A DNA stretch of 59,691 nucleotides, counting the filler, from Bipalium vagum (taxonomy: Eukaryota), in NCBI GenBank assembly GCA_037834085.1. It is 3 parts of 3 records of this genome, joined end to end, with 100 filler letters (N's around TTAATTAATTAA, not from the genome) between each part and the next. Parts side by side here need not be neighbours in the genome. Positions count along the whole stretch, not along the records: positions 41,492 to 59,691 come from JBBMKC010036995.1; 2 more parts are not named here. The stretch is one strand, 5' to 3'. The position numbers and the translations under genes are program-made. Below, one piece after another: positions 55,892-59,691 of this stretch. How positions within the stretch are numbered: the first letter of the stretch is position 1; each line of letters opens with the position of its first letter. The notes beneath the pieces were generated by a model, which saw only the letters and a list, made by a program, of their open reading frames with translations, did not search any database and was not told the origin of the DNA.

Positions 55892-58800
55892 TCAATCAAA
55901 ATGTTCGCTGCTTTTCTTTTCCTCACTTAGAGTGTTACTTATTTTCACTGATTCCTGCCTTGATTTCGGGGGTGTATCGATCAATTGCTCTTGTACAGAT
56001 TCTTGTACGTCAATGACTTCCTCATAATCAGAAAGAATGTTAAACAAATCGTCTCTGCTTTCATTAAATTCTCCTTCTTCCATTCCTTCTCCAACAAACC
56101 AATGGATAAAACTGCGTCTGGCAAATAAAATGTCAAATTTTGAAGACAATTCTTTTATTGGAGATATTATTGCTCTTCCATTCACGAGCATCGTTGCGCT
56201 TTTATTACTGGTTCCAATTTCCAGACCTTGCACATAAGAAGGTGGTTGAGAATTGACACCTAATTTGAAGCCAGTTGGACACCAATCGACAAACATTATT
56301 TCCTTTTGTTTTTTCAATTTTGACAGTGATATATTTACGTCTTGTGGACTTACTAAGCCACGAAATTGTAAAACACAGCTTATGTAAACATTTTTCTTAA
56401 TATCAGATGTTATGAGCTGATGATCTGGACGAAAAAGATTTCGTGTTAAACAATCAGTAGTCAATAGTTCATGGTCTGATCTTGCTTTCGAGTACATTGG
56501 AGAGTGACTTGATGTAACAAAGTGAATCCTTGGATATGGAATAAGATTCGTGCCCAATTGTGATAAATCAGAATTAATGGAACTTTCAAATCTCAGAGAA
56601 ACAGTAATATCACTGAAAAGATGAGATAAGATTCGATTAATATTATTATAAGTTGGATGAATTATGTCTAAGAGATTTGTACAGATATCAAAAGTAGCAC
56701 TGTTATTTAATGCAGTAGTAATATTGGAAATATCTGTGCTTTCTTTGATACTTAATATGCTATTATAAGGTTCCACAATAGCTGTGCTTAATGCCAGACT
56801 AGGAAAAACAGTCATCTGGTATTGGAAATATTTGGTGAAGTCTGTAGACAATGATTCCATCAGTAAAGAAGTGAAACCAGATCCTGTACCACCACCTTGG
56901 CTGTGAATAATGAAAAATCCTTGCAAATAATCACAATTTTCGACTAAATTTCGAATTGGATTCTTAATCTGTAGTAGATATTTTTTACCTATTGTAAAGC
57001 GGCCTCTTGCAAAATTATTACATCCATCTTCAATGCCACTTATCAGATTGTCAGGATTAAAGAGATTTCTGTAATTTCCTTTTCTTATTTCGTCTGTGTA
57101 CAACAATTATCAAATAATTATTTTGTTGGGAAGTTTTGAAAAGAAAAAATTAATTTAAAAATAACCAAAAGAAAATTTTTTTACAGCTGGAAATTAATTA
57201 TTAATATTTCCATTAATATTATTTTCAGCGACGAAACCATTTCTTGGAATTCTCACTTTATCAATGCAATTTCATTAAAGTTAACATTTGAAACATTTTT
57301 TTAATAATCTTATAAATAATTGTATAATAAAATTTGAAAATTATATTGTATTTTTTAATTAAGGATTCAATTTTTTTATCTTTTGACAGAAATAATAATA
57401 TATTAATAATAATCCATATAGAGTTGTTGTGATTTCTGGATTGAAACTTAATAAATATTATTGTTTTTAGATATTATTTGATTTTTTCCATATGGTTATC
57501 GTAAAACCTAACTATTATGTTGGTGCAAAAATAATGCATCTTTTATAACTTCAAACTTAGCATATCATAACTCGGACCAAACAAACATTTATTAATCAAA
57601 GTAACATCCTTGTGATTCCACACATTTCTGCCAACGCAAAATAAGCTTGTTCATACCAGAAACAGAAATCCGTTTTTATGCACCTCACAAATTCCAAGAA
57701 AGCGTTTTCAGCGACGGCTCGGTTGTTGAAGCACTTACCTTGAAGGAAGTTTTGCAGATGTTTGAAAAAATATGGAGAATGGGGCAGAATTTCGTAACCC
57801 AGTTCTTTAAATTTCTGCAAGCTTGTGAGGTCCTTTTCTGTTTACCAAAGCTGGACTCAAAATTTGTAATTTTTAGTGCATATCGTTGATTTGCTGACAG
57901 TAACTGTTGGACGTAATCGTTTTTCCAGAATCCAGGAAATTGAAATGGATCAAACCATGTACACACCACCAAACGGTTATCATTACCGTTTTTGTTGCAA
58001 TTTTTGTTTCGGAAAGGTTTTTGGAGGTTCACTTTTGTCCATGCATTGACCAGAGCGTTGCCTAGTATTGGACAAGATCCATTTCTCATCAATGTTACAA
58101 TTCTATTGAGAAATGGATCGTTCTTGTACGGAAAAGAAGGGAAGACGCAACTTCAAAGCGACGTAATTTTTGGTTTGCATTGAGCTCGTGTGACACCCAT
58201 TTGTCCAGCTTCTTCACTTTTCCAATTTGTCTGAGGTGTCTCACAATTGTTGAATGGTGAATCTGAGGTTCTTTTGCAACTTCTTTTGTGGTTTTCCTTG
58301 AATCAGATTCGATGATAGCATCTAATTGATCCTTTTCTACAACTAATGGACGGCCACGACTTTCTTTATCCTCTAGACTATAAATATTGCTTTCAAACTA
58401 TAAGAACCAACGCTGAACTGTTTTTTTGTTCAAGCTTTCTATGCCCCATACTGCATTAATATTTCGTACTGTTTCCGCAGCGCTTCTGTCTAGCTTGAAC
58501 TCATAAAAATATATTTTACGGAAGTCCTTTTTCGACATCTAAAACACATAGTTTTCATTTCTAAATAAATGAAATATTTAAATTTTACTTTAAATTATTA
58601 TTTAATTAATGCTCTTAAAGAAGTGAATATTACTAAGAATAACTAAGAATAAATTAGATTTTAAAGTGTATTGTTTAGTTTAAAAAAATGCTTTAGTTAA
58701 ACAATGCAAAAAGATGCATTATTTTTGCATCAACCTAAATATAAAAATTATTGAGTCAGAAATGGCTTGGTTAATATTAACACTTGTCTTATGGTTAAAA

Positions 58801-59300
58801 AATTAAGTATCATTTATTTTTCGGATAATTAAAACAAAGAAATTCTATAAGTTCTTCTATTCGTATTTAAATATAAAATTTAAATTTCAAGAATTAGAAT
58901 TAATAAATACCTTTAATTCAAAAATTTTAAATTTCTCATGTTCTTTTAATAAAATTTTACTATTTTATTATTATTATCTTTATTATTAAATTTCTTTAAA
59001 GTTCTAAATCTAAAACTAAAATCTTTCATACCAATAACTGTTGGTTCCAAGTCTATGGATACGCACCTAGGTACAAAATTACCACTTTTGACTTCTGAGA
59101 AAAAGGTTTTAAAAGCTTCACTGTCATCATCCACTAGATTAAGTTTCAACCTCCCAGTTGCTTCTATACCATGTTCTACACAGAATAATTCCCAGGTTGC
59201 GTTAGATATTTGTATTCCAGCTTGACCAACATGAACGCAAATTACTTCTCTCTTAATTTATGACTTAATGTCAAACATAAATTTAAAGGAAATTTACCAT
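55892..59300 (-). CDS. Highly divergent alpha-tubulin, 474 aa. Exons 59300-59298 (ATG only), 59251-59032, 57093-55892
   Basis: [65 protein letters not shown] and [13 protein letters not shown] are alpha-type signatures. The intron directly after ATG is typical of metazoan alpha-tubulins. No stops or frameshifts. Confidence 0.93.
57515..58738 (-). mobile_element. Near full-length cecropia-subfamily (Hsmar1-like) mariner in tubulin intron 2, inactive
   Basis: 30-bp TIRs TTATGTTGGTGCAAAAATAATGCATCTTTT and reverse complement TTAGGTTGATGCAAAAATAATGCATCTTTT. Transposase from 58538: [43 protein letters not shown], frameshifted. Confidence 0.93.
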
Positions 59301-59414
59301 TTAACTAAAGAGATTATAATAATATCAATTAAAATTGAATTATTGATTTATTTAAATTACCAATAATGGATCAATATAAAAAAACAAAATAAAAATAAAT
59401 TAAAAATATGGAAT

Positions 59415-59691
59415 TGTTAAGATATTAAATGGGTTGATAAAAGATGTTAGAAGTTGGAGCTTTAGTTCTGCTTAGGTCGCAACGGTTGAAGGTTGCTTAA
59501 AATTGTGTTCGATTAATTGAATAAACTGAGAAAACGATTTTGGTTTAATAGTTTTATTTGAAATTAATTTAAAAGAAATTATTACAAATGAGTGATAACA
59601 ATTCTGACCGATTTTGATTTTATTAATTAAGGTTATTATTTATAAAAATCCTCTCGCTCTTAGGCTCAGAGGTCCTCAATCAAGAAAAACA
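59415..59691 (-). mobile_element. LTR-like copy in reverse orientation, 3' end at 59415, running off the window
   Basis: The reverse complement ends in TTAACA and shares AACCTTC-AACCGTT, GCTCCA and TCGTT.TCT.AGT with 50470-50861 and 21024-21373. Confidence 0.55.

Overview
Very AT-rich metazoan (invertebrate) genomic DNA. Most introns are 43-57 nt GT-AG; the composition and gene style would fit a flatworm such as a planarian, but that is inference only. Three intact host genes are reconstructed with exon phases checked by eye: a 16-exon Na+/K+-ATPase alpha subunit (1917-8122, +), a ~13-14-exon Ric-8/synembryn GEF-chaperone (~43877-48886, +) and a 3-exon, highly divergent alpha-tubulin (59300-55892, -). 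Between them lie a decayed intronless Sec24A/B copy and many TE relics: mariner, Tc1, DD37E/TRT, pogo/Tigger, hAT, Maverick polB, a Ty3/gypsy-like family with a tRNA-Trp PBS and four LTR-like copies, and two tRNA-Ala-derived elements. Two scaffold gaps carry an artificial TTAATTAATTAA linker. The most notable signal is the alpha-tubulin: its ORF is intact, but the catalytic GAP glutamate (canonical E254) is Gln, K40 is absent and the tail is long and non-canonical. It is a candidate natural hydrolysis-blocking, microtubule-stabilising isotype.
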